Shown: one piece after another, positions 1 to 13,300 of the stretch
How the letters are laid out: every line of letters begins with the position of its first letter
How positions within the stretch are numbered: position 1 is the first letter of the stretch
Assembly (NCBI GenBank): GCA_964187785.1
Contig: OZ076409.1
Span: 76,386,001-76,450,000 of the forward strand
Source of the DNA: Amphiscolops sp. MND2022
Lineage: Eukaryota
Length of the DNA: 64,000 nt
Reading direction: 5' to 3'
Notes under the pieces: model-generated
Told to the model about the DNA's origin: nothing
The model's database searches: none
The model's input: only the letters and a program-made list of their open reading frames with translations
Made by a program: the position numbers and the translations under genes

Positions 1-3000
1 CCTCCACGTTTTACCGCTATTTCCGGTGTGAAGGTGTGGGAGTAGCGCGTCGGGTGCCATATATCAAAAGTAGGTTTAGACAAGGATCTATCAAAAACAT
101 GTGGTTTGGGACCCCCTGATCCAACCCGTTAGCGGGAAATGGGGCTTCCGCCTCCTTTTTTTTCGGTTAAAAACGGAAAATGGGCATTGAGGGGTAAATA
201 TCTCGTGAACGTGTGGAGCTACGGTGTCCTTCACTACTACAAGGTTTCATACCCATGATATGGTGCCTTCAGGGGGGCAAACAGATTTCCGCTATCTATC
301 ACCGTTACGGACTTGGCCCCCCAGCCTAACCGCTATGTGACCGGAAATGTCACTTTTTGAGCCCAAAGGGTCGGTCCCAGCCAGGGAACGTTAGATAACT
401 TTTTGTAGTACTCATTGAGACGAGTTGGGGGACATAGTTTCAGTCACCCCCCGTTACCCCTTGTGACCGGAAATGACCGTTATGTGAGTAAAATTGGGAT
501 TTTTGTACTTTTTGAAGGGCAATTAGGTGCGGAAGGAGTGGTAATAGGTGCTTGGACACTATATGATGGAATGGAGGACGTGAGGCGAACATTCAGACAT
601 AACCGTTATGTTGACCCTAAAGTCCCCCTGGTACCGTAAACGACCGGAAATGGTCAAATTTTGTGTCTATTGGGTACAAATGTTTGGTATTTTGTAAATA
701 AAAGTATCTATTAGGTGTTTCGACGGTCTGCAGTAGTGAACATAGTCATGAAACCTTGTGGGGGGTAACGGTATATAGCACCGGAAGTCCAAAACGTTAG
801 AGACGGGATAGGTTTTTCCGTTTTAAAATGTCTTTCGGCGTACTTTTGTCAACTAATATGGAATATTTTTTAAAATTAAAGTTTTTCCATATAGTTTCAG
901 AGACTCCCAAACCTCAAACAACATAACCGTTACCTTATGATAGCCTTTCAAGTTGGCCTGGTGTCAACTTGGAAGGGCTATCCTTCAAAAATCGTTGATC
1001 AAGTGTGTTTTTGGGTATGTTTGAATCATTTTAGAATCAATTAGAGCTTCAAGAAATGTTTGCCAACGACAAAAACTATGTCGTGATGATTCCGTTATTA
1101 GAGTGATAGTTAACAAAATATTGATTAAGTTGATTTTTTACATTTCAAAAGTGTCCTAAAAGCCAGAAAACCTCTTTACCAAACAAATGGTATTGATTGG
1201 ATTGTATATAACAGGTAATAAAAGTTCAAATTGATTATTACGTTTTATTATGTAAGCTGAAACGTCATATTATAGTTTAATTAACGTCAACGCCACATAC
1301 TTTACATCAACGCCCACCGTCTGTGGGCATGCCGAGGCATGCCCTTCGACGACGTATACCAAACACCTTTAATATCTACACCCACCCGCGGTAGCAGCTA
1401 GGTGCGGGGGGGTAACCCCAACAAAGATATTGGAGGATTCGGGTAGGGTCCTGAATCCGATCTTAGTACCGCCAGCTATCAGTAGAAAATTTCCCTCAAA
1501 AACCGGGATCTCGGGAACTAACCGTAGGATTTGAAAGTTGGAGCGGCCCCCGCCAGATTTTCCCGAATAGATCGCCCCCCACCGGGCTCCATACCCCGGA
1601 AAATTTTTTTTTGGCCACACGGGCGACAGTTAGGGGGTCATTTTAGGGGTAAAATTCATATTGGTCCATATAACTTTTTTCCTGTTGGTTTAAAAGTTTG
1701 GGAACCCTTCTAAAGGTTTTTCGACCATGTTGCAAGGGCTCCGGAGGTGCAAACCAAATTTTTCTATCTTGAAGCTATCTCCAAGTACCCCCCCGCTCAA
1801 ACCGTTATTTTTCCGGAAACGCAGGTTTTTGACCCGGAAGGAGTCGTCTGAGCGCGGGGTAGTTAGGTGATGTTTTGGGGACGGCCTTGAGACAAAGTGG
1901 GGGACAAGTAGTTTGCCAACCTCAATTTACCCCCCGGACGGGAAATGACCGTTATATGAGCGTGAAAAATGCCCCCCTCCACGTTTTAACGCTATTTCCG
2001 GTGTGAAGGTGTGGGAGTAGCGCGTCGGGTGCCATATATCAAAAGTAGGTTTAGACAAGGATCTATCAAAAACATGTGGTTTGGGACCCCCTGACCCAAC
2101 CCGTTAGCGGGAAATGGGGCTTCCGCCTCCTTTTTTTTCGGTTAAAAACGGAAAATGGGCATTGAGGGGTAAATATCTCGTGAACGCGTGGAGCTACGGT
2201 GTCCTTCACTACTACAAGGTTTCATACCCATGATATGGTGCCTTCAGGGGGGCAAACAGATTTCCGCTATCTATCACCGTTACGGACTTGGCCCCCCAGC
2301 CTAACCGCTATTTGACCGGAAATGTCACTTTTTGAGCCCAAAGGGTCGGTCCCAGCCAGGGAACGTTAGATAACTTTTTGTAGTACTCATTGAGACGAGT
2401 TGGGGGACATAGTTTCAGTCACCCCCCGTTACCCCTTGTGACCGGAAATGACCGTTATGTGGGTAAAATTCGGATTTTTGTACTTTTTGAAGGGCAATTA
2501 GGTGCGGAAGGAGTGGTAATAGGTGCTTGGACACTATATGATGGAATGGAGGACGTGAGGCGAACATTCAGACATAACCGTTATGTTGACCCTAAAGTCC
2601 CCCTGGTACCGTAAACGACCGGAAATGGTCAAATTTTGTGTCTATTGGGTACAAATGTTTGGTATTTTGTAAATAAAAGTATCTATTAGGTGTTTCGACG
2701 GTCTGCAGTAGTGAACATAGTCATGAAACCTTGTGGGGGGTAACGGTATATAGCACCGGAAGTCCAAAACGTTAGAGACGGGATAGGTTTTTCCGTTTTA
2801 AAATGTCTTTCGGCGTACTTTTGTCAACTAATATGGAATATTTTTTAAAATTAAAGTTTTTCCATATAGTTTCAGAGACTCCCAAACCTCAAACAACATA
2901 ACCGTTACCTTATGATAGCCTTTCAAGTTGGCCTGGTGTCAACTTGGAAGGGCTATCCTTCAAAAATCGTTGATCAAGTGTGTTTTTGGGTATGTTTGAA

Positions 3001-6000
3001 TCATTTTAGAATCAATTAGAGCTTCAAGAAATGTTTGCCAACGACAAAAACTATGTCGTGATGATTCCGTTATTAGAGTAATAGTTAACAAAATATTGAT
3101 TTAGTTGATTTTTTACATTTCAAAAGTGTCCTAAAGGCCAGAAAACCTCTTTACCAAACAAATGGTATTGATTGGATTGTATATAACAGGTAATAAAAGT
3201 TCAAATTGATTATTACGTTTTATTATGTAAGCTGAAACGTCATATTATAGTTTAATTAACGTCAACGCCACATACTTTACACCAACGCCCACCGTCTGTG
3301 GGCATGCCGAGGCATGCCCTTCGACGACGTATACCAAATACATTTCATATCTACACCCACCCGCGGTAGCAGCTAGGTGCGGGGGGGTAACCCCAACAAA
3401 GATATTGGAGGATTCGGGTAGGGTCCTGAATCCGATCTTAGTACCGCCAGCTATCAGTAGAAAATTTCCCTCAAAAACCGGGATCTCGGGAACTAACCGT
3501 AGGATTTGAAAGTTGGAGCGGCCCCCGCCAGATTTTCCCGAATAGATCGCCCCCCACCGGGCTCCATACCCCGGAAAATTTTTTTTTGGCCACACGGGCG
3601 ACAGTTAGGGGGTCATTTTAGGGGTAAAATTCATATTGGTCCATATAACTTTTTTCCTGTTGGTTTAAAAGTTTGGGAACCCTACTAAAGGTTTTTCGAC
3701 CATGTTGCAAGGGCTCCGGAGGTGCAAACCAAATTTTTCTATCTTGAAGCTATCTCCAAGTACCCCCCCGCTCAAACCGTTATTTTTCCGGAAACGCAGG
3801 TTTTTGACCCGGAAGGAGTCGTCTGAGCGCGGGGTCGTTAGGTGATGTTTTGGGGACGGCCTTGAGACGAAGTGGGGGACATGTAGTTTGCCAACCTCAG
3901 TTTACCCCCCGGACGGGAAATGACCGTTATATCAGCGGGAAAAATGCCCCCCTCCACGTTTTACCGCTATTTCCGGTGTGAAGGAGTGGGAGTAGCTCGT
4001 CGGGTGCCATATATCAAAAGTAGGTTCAGACAAGGACCTATCGGAAACATGTGGTTTGGGACCCCCTGACCCAACCCGTTAGCGGGAAATGGGGCTTCCG
4101 CCTCCTTTTTTTACGGTTAAAAACGGAAAATGGGCATTGAGGGATAAATATCTCGTGAACGCGTGGAGCTACGGTGTCCTTCACTACTTCAAGGTTTCAT
4201 ACCCATGATATGGTGCCTTCAGGGGGGCAAACAGATTTCCGCTATCTATCACCGTTACGGACTTGGCCCCCCAGCCTAACCGCTATGTGACCGGAAATGT
4301 CACTTTTTGAGCCCAAAGGGACGGTCCCAGCCAGGGAACGTTAGATAACTTATTGTAGTACTCATTGAGACGAGTTGGGGGACATAGTTTCAGTCACCCC
4401 CGTTACCCCTTGGGACCGGAAATGACCGTTATGTGGGTAAAATTGGGATTTTTGTACTTTTTGAAGGGCAATTAGGTGCGGAAGGAGTGGTAATAGGTGC
4501 TTGGACACTATATGATGGAATGGAGGACGTGAGGCGAACATTCAGACATAACCGTTATGTTGACCCTAAAGTCCCCCTGGTACCGTAAACGACCGGAAAT
4601 GGTCAAATTTTGTGTCTATTGGGTACAAATGTTTGGTATTTTGTAAATAAAAGTATCTATTAGGTGTTTCGACGGTCTGCAGTAGTGAACATAGTCATGA
4701 AACCTTGTGGGGGGTAACGGTATATAGCACCGGAAGTCCAAAACGTTAGAGACGGGATAGGTTTTTCCGTTTTAAAATGTCTTTCGGCGTACTTTTGTCA
4801 ACTAATATGGAATATTTTTTAAAATTAAAGTTTTTCCATATAGTTTCAGAGACTCCCAAACCTCAAACAACATAACCGTTACCTTATGATAGCCTTTCAA
4901 GTTGGCCTGGTGTCAACTTGGAAGGGCTATCCTTCAAAAATCGTTGATCAAGTGTGTTTTTGGGTATGTTTGAATCATTTTAGAATCAATTAGAGCTTCA
5001 AGAAAAATTTGCCAACGACAAAAACTATGTCGCGATGATTCCGTTATTAGAGTAATAGTTAACAAAATATTGATTAAGTTGATTTTTTACATTTCAAAAG
5101 TGTCCTAAAAGCCAGAAAACCTCTTTACCAAACAAATGGTATTGATTGGATTGTATATAACAGGTAATAAAAGTTCAAATTGATTATTACGTTTTATTAT
5201 GTAAGCTGAAACGTCATATTATAGTTTAATTAACGTCAACGCCACATACTTTACACCAACGCCCACCGTCTGTGGGCATGCCGAGGCATGCCCTTCGACG
5301 ACGTATACCAAATACATTTCATATCTACACCCACCCGCGGTAGCAGCTAGGTGCGGGGGGGTAACCCCAACAAAAATTTTGGAGGATTCGGGTAGGGTCC
5401 TGAATCCGATTTCAACTCTAATAGCTATCGATAGGAAATCTTGCAAAAATTTCGGGATCTCGTGATCTAACCATAGGATTTTAAAGTTGGAGCGGCCCCC
5501 ACCAGATTTTCCAAAATTGATCGCCCCCCACCGGGTTCCATACCCCGGAAAATTTTTTTCTGGCCACACGGGCGACCGTTAGGGGGTCATTTTAGGGGTA
5601 AAATTCATATTGGGCCACATAACTTTTTTTCTGTTGATTTAAAACTTTGGGACCCTGCTAAAAGTTTCTTGACCGTGTTGCAGTGGCTCCGGAGGTCCAA
5701 ACCAAATTTTTCTATCTTGAAGCTATCTCCAAGTACCCCCCCGCTCAAACCGTTATTTTCCCGGAAACGCAGGTTTTTGACCCGGAAGGAGTCGTCTGAG
5801 CGCGGGGTCGTTAGGTGATGTATTGGGGACGGCCTTGAGACGAAGTGGGGGACATGAAGTTTGCCAACCTCAGTTTACCCCCCGGACGGGAAATGACCGT
5901 TATATGAGCGGGAAAAATGCCCCCCTCCACGTTTTACCGCTATTTCCGGTGTGAAGGAGTGGGAGTAGCGCGTCGGGTGCCATATATCAAAAGTAGGTTT

Positions 6001-7321
6001 CGACAAGGATCTATCGGAAACATGTGGTTTGGGACCCCCTGGACCAACCCGTTAGCAGGAAATGGGGCTTCCGGCCCGTTTTTTTACGGTTAAAAACGGA
6101 AAATGGGCATTGAGGGGTAAATATCTCGTGAACGCGTGGAGCTACGGTGTCCATCACTACTACAAGGTTTCATACCCATGATATGGTGCCTTCAGGGGGG
6201 CAAACAGATTTCCGCTATCTATCACCGTTACCGACTTGGCCCCCCAGCCTAACCGCTATTTGACCGGAAATGTCACTTTTTGAGCCCAAAGGGTCGGTCC
6301 CAGCCAGGGAACGTTAGGTAACTTATTGTAGTACTCATTGAGACGAGTTGGGGGACATAGTTTCAGTCACCCCCCGTTACCCCTTAAGACCGGAAATGAC
6401 CGTTATGTGGGTAAAATTGCAATTTTTGTTCTTTTTGAAGGGCATTTAGGTGCGGAAGGAGTGGTAATAGGTGCTTGGACACTATATGAGGTAAGGGAGG
6501 ATATGAGGCGAGCATTCGGAAATAACCGTTATGTTGACCCTAAAGTCCCCCTGGTACCGTAAACGACCGGAAATGGTCAACTTTTGTGTTTATAAGGTAC
6601 AAATGTTTGGTATTTTGTAGATAAAAGTATCTATTAGGTGTTTCGACGGTCTGCAGTAGTGAACATAGTCATGAAACCTTGTGGGGGGTAACGGTATATA
6701 GCACCGGAAGTCCAAACCGTTGGAGACCGGATATGTTTTTGGTTTTAAAATGTCTTTCAGCGTACTTTTGTCGACTATTAAAGACTATTTTTATAAAATA
6801 AAATTTTTCCATATAGTTTCAGAGACTCCGAAACCTCAACCAACCTAACCGTTACCTCATGATAGCCTTTCAAGTTGGCCTGGTGTCAACTTGTAAGGGC
6901 TATCCTTCAAAAATCGTTAATCAAGTTTGTTTTTGGGTATGTTTGTATCATTTTACAATCAATTAGAGATTCAAGAAAAGTTTGCCATCGACAAAAACTA
7001 TGTCGTAGTGATTCCGTTATTAGAATAATAGTTAGCAAATTGTTGAGAAAAATGATTTTTTCCATATAAAATGTGTCCTAAATGCCAGGAAACCTATTTA
7101 CCTAACAAATGGTATTGATTCGAATGTATGTAACAGATTTATAAAAGTTCAAATTGATTATTACCTTTCATTATGGAAGCTGAAACGTAATATTTTAGTT
7201 TAATTAACGTCAACGCCACACACTTTACATCAACGCCCACCGTCTGTGGGCATGCCGAGGCATGCCCTTCGACGACGTATGACAAATCCATATCAAACGA
7301 CGCCCGTACATCCCGGGCTAG
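1..7321 (+). mobile_element. Four family-A non-autonomous units (~1.97 kb; first one partial)
   Basis: Units <1-1401, 1402-3376, 3377-5350 and 5351-7321 are highly similar. Complete units start GTGCGGGGGGGTAACCCC, contain repeated ACCGGAAATGACCGTTAT-like motifs, and end with the GGGCATGCCGAGGCATGCCC palindrome followed by CTAG. Confidence 0.85.
1325..1344. promoter_or_regulatory. Subterminal palindrome GGGCATGCCGAGGCATGCCC (representative of 26 copies); candidate p53-family response element or hairpin
   Basis: Perfect 9-bp inverted repeat and a 19/20 match to RRRCWWGYYY x2 with no spacer. Lies ~43-57 nt upstream of the CTAG end. Confidence 0.55.
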
Positions 7322-10300
7322 GTGGCCGGGAATTTTTTTTTCAGCAAAATCTTTGCCGCTGGGGGAGGGGCCCCGGGCGGCTGTTAACCGGAATTCATAC
7401 TATGCAAAACCTATCACAATTCTCAGATCTCAGGATCCAGCCTGTAGGATTCGCTCAAATTTGGCACAGAGCCTCCTTGAAAGATTATAAGAACTTTTTC
7501 CTATTGGCGTTTTTCGATTGAAATATTTTATGTTGACCAAAATTGCGTTTAAAATGCCCATTGTTGCGTTTTTATTGTCTTTTACGAATTTGACGGTCCA
7601 TAACTTTTTTTGAGGTGCTCGGAGCGGGTCGCACGTGGAGAGCAATAATACTCAGCACTAAAAGGGGAGTGCGTGAACAAAATTTCGTCCTAATCGGATG
7701 AAAATTGAATGAGTAATAGCCGCAAATTTGGCGCATTTTGTCGACTTTTTTCGAAAACCCAGTCTATCTCTGCCGTTTTTTGCCCAGATTTTTTTCCAGG
7801 TCCTCGCCTAAAGGCCTCCCCTGGCCTGTTTACATCCCAAAAAAGCCATTTGGCCCTTTTGCCGCAGTTTCAGCGTTCCAGCGTTTCCCGAATAAAAGAT
7901 AAATGACTTAGAATTTTTTCAAAAAAAGGTTCAAATATATTTTTTTCAATTTCAGGCCTCCCAAAGTCAAGAAACTTCCACACAACTAGTATTGCAAGTG
8001 AATGCATGTGGAAAGTGCTTGAATAGACGAGGAAAATGAGCTATTATAAAACTCTGTAGCTTAACCTGACGTTGACTTGTGACATTTTTAGTGTGAGCTT
8101 CCTATGTGCTAAAAAATCAAAAAACGTAAGTCTCTTTGAAAACAAATCGGAATACGTCCAGTCAACCCCAGAGCTGGTAAATTGCCGTTGTCTAGTGCAG
8201 CAACGCCATTTAGAGTCTTTTGACCCACTTTGATACCGTTTTGATACCGTCTTATTCATCCGATAGCACAAAACTGTTGCGTACATTCCATCTCCCCCTT
8301 TGTGGGGGAGATGAGAATGTACCCGCTAAATGACACGCACAATGGCGCAATTTTATTTTTATACAATGTTTTCTAGGCTGTCGCGCAAGCCCACTAATAT
8401 TTAGACTGGTTTCTTTCTCTTTCACTCCAAACTTTCCCTACTAACCACCTTACACACCATCAGCTCAACGTTACTTCTGTAACGTCAACGCCACATACTC
8501 GCATCAACGCCCACCGTCCGTGGGCATGCCGAGGCATGCCCTTCGACGACGTATGCCCATTAGCGCCACAGGGCGCCCAATTTTTTCTAGGTGGCCGTGT
8601 CTTTTCGACGTGCTTTTGCATTGAGGAGTGGGTAGGGCCCCGCGACGACCTAGAAGAATTGGATGCTCACCGAAACGTGCAGAATTCTACGAGATCTCAT
8701 AGTTTGAGCCATACGATTTTTCTGAAATTTGGCATGTGGCCTGGAATTGGTGAGTAGGTAAAACGTGTAGAAGGTAATTTTTCCCAAATTCCACTGTGAG
8801 AGGAGATATGGGCAAATAACGGACCCAAAAATGGCAAAAATGCACATTTTTCAACTTTGTCAGCCAATATCTCTTTTCCAGGTGCCCGTAGCGTTCCGCA
8901 CGTGGACATCAATATTGCTCAGCGCTGTTGGAGGAGTGCGTGGACAAATTTTGGTTTAAATCGGACTTGAACGTGACGAGAAATTAACGGTTTTTTGGGC
9001 GTTTCCGGGGTAAATTTTTTAACGGTCCAGCTTATCTTTGCCATTTTTTCGAAAATGTACATGCCTAAAGGCCTCCCCCTGGCCGAATTTACTCCCAGCA
9101 AACCCATTTGGCCCTAAATACGGAGTTTCAGCGTTCCAGCATTCCGGGGCGGAAAGTTGTGGGACTTGGAAAAATTTCAAAATTTTTTCAAAAAAATTTT
9201 TTTTCGTTTTCCGGCCCCCCAATGAAGGGGAACGACCCCCCAACCAGTATTTTGAGTGAATTTATGTGAAAAGACCATGTTTAGAGGAGAAAAATGCCGT
9301 TCAGAACGTCTTTTTATCTTAACTTGACATTAACTTATGGCGTTTTGATTGTGATGTTAGGATACATGAAGCATGTTAAAAGTTGAAGTTTTGAGTTTTT
9401 ATCTCAACGGAAAACCATTGAGATACAAGCAGTTTTGCTAAAAACATTTTTCGTCGTAGGTTCGCAGAGTATTAGTACACTTTGATGTCATTTGAACATT
9501 TTTTTCTTCTATGTAATAACTATCTTTATGTGTTTATTCCAATTTCTTTCATCTTTTAACTTCAAACATTTGAGTACATTTCATCTCCCTTTCGGGGGAG
9601 ATGAGAATGTACTCGCTAAAAACCCAGTGCTACGGCGCATTTTTGTTTTACAAGACACATTTTGCCAATAAACAAGACTTTTCCTAAATAGCTTTAACAA
9701 TGAACTATTAATTGACATGCATAATTTTACTTGACCTTATTACCAACATACATCTCTAACGTCAACGCCCCCTGCTTGCATCAACGCCCCATCGTCCGTG
9801 GGCATGCCGAGGCATGCCCTTCGACGACGTATGCCAAATGCCCAGTGCCACGCAGTCTTTCCCCGCTAGGTGGCCGCGTCTTTTGTCGAACTTTAACCAT
9901 GGAGGCGCGGGTAGGGTCCTGCGCCGACTTAGTGCCTTTACTATGATACAAAAATAGGTACCTGAGTAAACGATCTCGAAGATGAGCCGTCAGAAATTCC
10001 TGAAAATTTGCATGTGGCCCCCAATTGGCGAGCATATGAAAAGTGTAGGAGGTCATTTTCCCCAAATTCCACTGTGAGACGAGATAAACGCGAAAAATGA
10101 GGTAAAAAATGGACTCATTTTTGATAAATTTTGCAATATCTCGTTCCAGAGGCATCGGAGGTACCGTATACCTGACGTGGAAAATGCTCGGCATGTGAAG
10201 GGGGTTACGTGGACAAATTTTCGTCCAAATCGGATAAAAATTGACAGAGTAATAACAAATTTTTTTGTGCATTTTGGCGACTTTTTCAGAAAACCCAGTT

Positions 10301-13300
10301 TATCTCTGCCGTTTTTTGCCCAGATTTTTTTCTAGAACCTCTCCTAAAGGCCTCCCCTGGCCGGTTTACCTCCCAAAAAAACCATTTGGCCCTAAATACG
10401 AGGTTTCAGCGTTCCAGCATTATCGGGCGAAATTTTATATGACTTAGAAAATTTTCAAAAATTTTCAAAATTTTTCTAAAAAAGTTCAGGCCGCCCAAAG
10501 TGAAGAAACTTCCACACAACTAGTATTGCAAGTGAATGCACGTGGAAAGCCCTGCACTTGACGAGAAAAATGCCGTTTAGAACGTCTTTTTATCTTAACT
10601 TGATGTTGACTTATGATCTTTTGAGTAGCGTATAACACGTGATCACAGTAGTGAAGATCCTAATTTTCAATAATTTTCAAACAAAAACGCATGAAAAGAA
10701 CCTGGAAAAGGTTCCGATGGGTCAGTTGGGATGTCTGAAGCAAGTGTACATTCCCGTAGTGTATAGCGGATGTGTCTGGGACTTATTAGAAATTGTGATA
10801 TATTTTATACAAATCTTTGTTTCTCTTAGAATCTTATGCAGTTGAGTACATTCCATCTCCCTCTCAGGGGAGATGTGAATGTACGTTTGCCAAATGCCTT
10901 GTAAAGCTGACAATTTTGATGGTTTAAAATGATTAAACAAGTGTGACTTGCGTTTGCCGAATCACTGCAGCAAAAAATCTTGAAACTTTAGTGAGATTGA
11001 ATGCTTTTTGTCTCTAGTGTTTTTTCTTGTGTAGCCGACTTCCACATCCAAATATCAACGCCCACCGTCCGTGGGCATGCCGAGGCATGCCCTTCGACGA
11101 CGTATGCCAAAAACCATATGCCACGCAGTCTTTCCCCGCTAGGTGCCGGTGTTTTCTTCACTTTTGAGGAAGTTGCGCGTGTGGGTAGGGCCCCTGGCGC
11201 GCTCCGTTGTCCCCCTGTTTATATCTTCGTATTTTTGAACAATTTTTTGGGATCTCGAAAACTGGCCACACGATTTGGCTGAAATTTTGCATGCGGCTTC
11301 CTATAACACTTCTAAGAACTAATCCCTAGTGGCGTTTTGCTGGGAAAATTTTTTTTGTTGACTTATTCACATTTTTATGGTCGAAAAAAGGCGTTTTTTT
11401 GAAAAATTTTTTTTTCAGAGACAAATACTCGAAACTGGTGCACCCAGCGCAGTAACGCCTAGCTGATTTATTGTTGGGCATTTCATGAGGAGTCCGTATA
11501 CAAATTTTCGTCCAAATCGGATAAAAATTGATTGAGAAATAACTGAAAATTTGAGGAATTTTTTTGGAAATTTTCGAAAACCCAGTCTATCTCTGCCGTT
11601 TTTTGCCCAGATTTTTTTTGAGACCCTCTCCTAAAGACCTCCCCTGGCCGGTTTACCTCCCAGCAAAACCATTTGGCCCTAAATACGAAGTTTCAGCGTT
11701 CTAGCATTCCCGGGCGAAAAGTTGTGGGACTTAGAAAAATTTTTTCGAAAACGCAAAATGTGTAAAGTCAACTTCAGGCCTCCCAAAGACAAGAAACTTC
11801 CACACAACTAGTATTGCAAGTGAATGCATGTTGAAAGTACTCGAATAGACGAGGAAAATGAGCTATAGAACGTCTCTGTATCTTAACCTGACGTTGACTT
11901 ATGGTGTTTTGAATGTGGGCTTCCTGAGGGGTCTGAAAAGCAAAAATTAAAAATGGAAACTAAGTCTTATTGAAAAGTCACCGGATTTCGTGCAATCGAC
12001 CCCAGAGCGTGCTCAATTGTAGTTTCCTAATATATCAACGCCATTCAAGGTCTTTTGACTAATGTTGAAAAAATTGATATCGTATTATTCATCCGAGAGC
12101 ACGAAACAGTTGAGTACATTCCATCTCCCTTTCGGGGGAGATGAGAATGTACTCGCTAAAGTCCAGGTACTACAGCCCATATTTGTTTTTATGCGGCGCT
12201 CTTTATACTAGTGTGTACACGTATTAATCTTTTAACTGAATTTTCTTGTGTCTGTACTTTGAGTTATATACTGAAACATATACTGAAAGTTTTTGTCCTT
12301 ACAACATACACATGACTAACGTCAACGCCCCATCCTTGCATCAACGCCCACCGTCCGTGGGCATGCCGAGGCATGCCCTTCGACGACGTATAGCAAGATA
12401 TACCTTGAGCGCGTTAGCCTAGGTGCCGGGATTTCTATTCGTTCAAGTAAGTTGCGCGTGTGGGTAGGGCCCCTGGCGCGCTCTTTTATTTCGGGTACAC
12501 CTACTCCAAATTCACGATGTGATTTCGACGATCTCGTAAACTAGCCACACGATTTGGCTGAAATTTGGCACACGTACCCCCCTCGGCACGGTGAAGATGA
12601 TTCCCTACTGACGTTTTTCCCGCTAAACATTTTTTGTTGACCAAAATAACGGTTTTTGGGGTAAAATTTTGAACTTTTTTTAAATTTCATCTTATATCTC
12701 AACACGGGTACACGCTAGCGCTTCCAAACCTTGCTGACGAAAGTTTGCAAACTGTCTCAGGAATGCTGTGTGAAATTTTCAGCTCAATCGGACTTAAACT
12801 CGAGGAGATATAGCGTTTTTCCGGAGCGGGGGGGTTTCATTTTTCTAACGGTCCAGCTTATCTTTGCCATTTTTTCGAAAATGCACTCGCCTAAAGGCCT
12901 CCCCTGGCCGGTTTTACTCCCAGCAAAACCATTTGGCCCTAAATACGGAGTTTCAGCGTTCAAGCATTCCCGGGCGAAAAGTTGTGGGACTTAGAAAAGT
13001 TCAAAAATTTTCAAAAAAAATTTTTCCGTTATTTGGGCCCTCAAAGTGGGGGAAAAGACCCCCCAACCAGTAAAGGAAGTGAATGCATGTGCAAAGCCCT
13101 TGTTTAGAGGAGAAAAATGCCGTTTAGAACGTCTTTTTATCTTGGCTCAACGTTGACTTATGACGTTTTGAAGGTGATGTTTGGAGGTGTAAAGCACGTG
13201 AATAGTAAACGTTATGAGTATTTATCTGATCTGAAAGCCATTGAGATGCAATATGGTTTGCTCAAAACGTAATTCATGGCAGTTTGGCAATCAATCAACA

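Noticed and set aside
1444..1449. Telomeric repeat, suggested by TAGGG in the hairpin loops
   Set aside because: Isolated pentamers, sometimes GAGGG, with no (TTAGGG)n tract anywhere in the window.
1505..1530. 5S rRNA-like fragment GATCTCGGGAACTAACCGTAGG
   Set aside because: Only a short resemblance to the 5S internal region. The flanks do not match 5S and the motif is part of the unit's conserved box.
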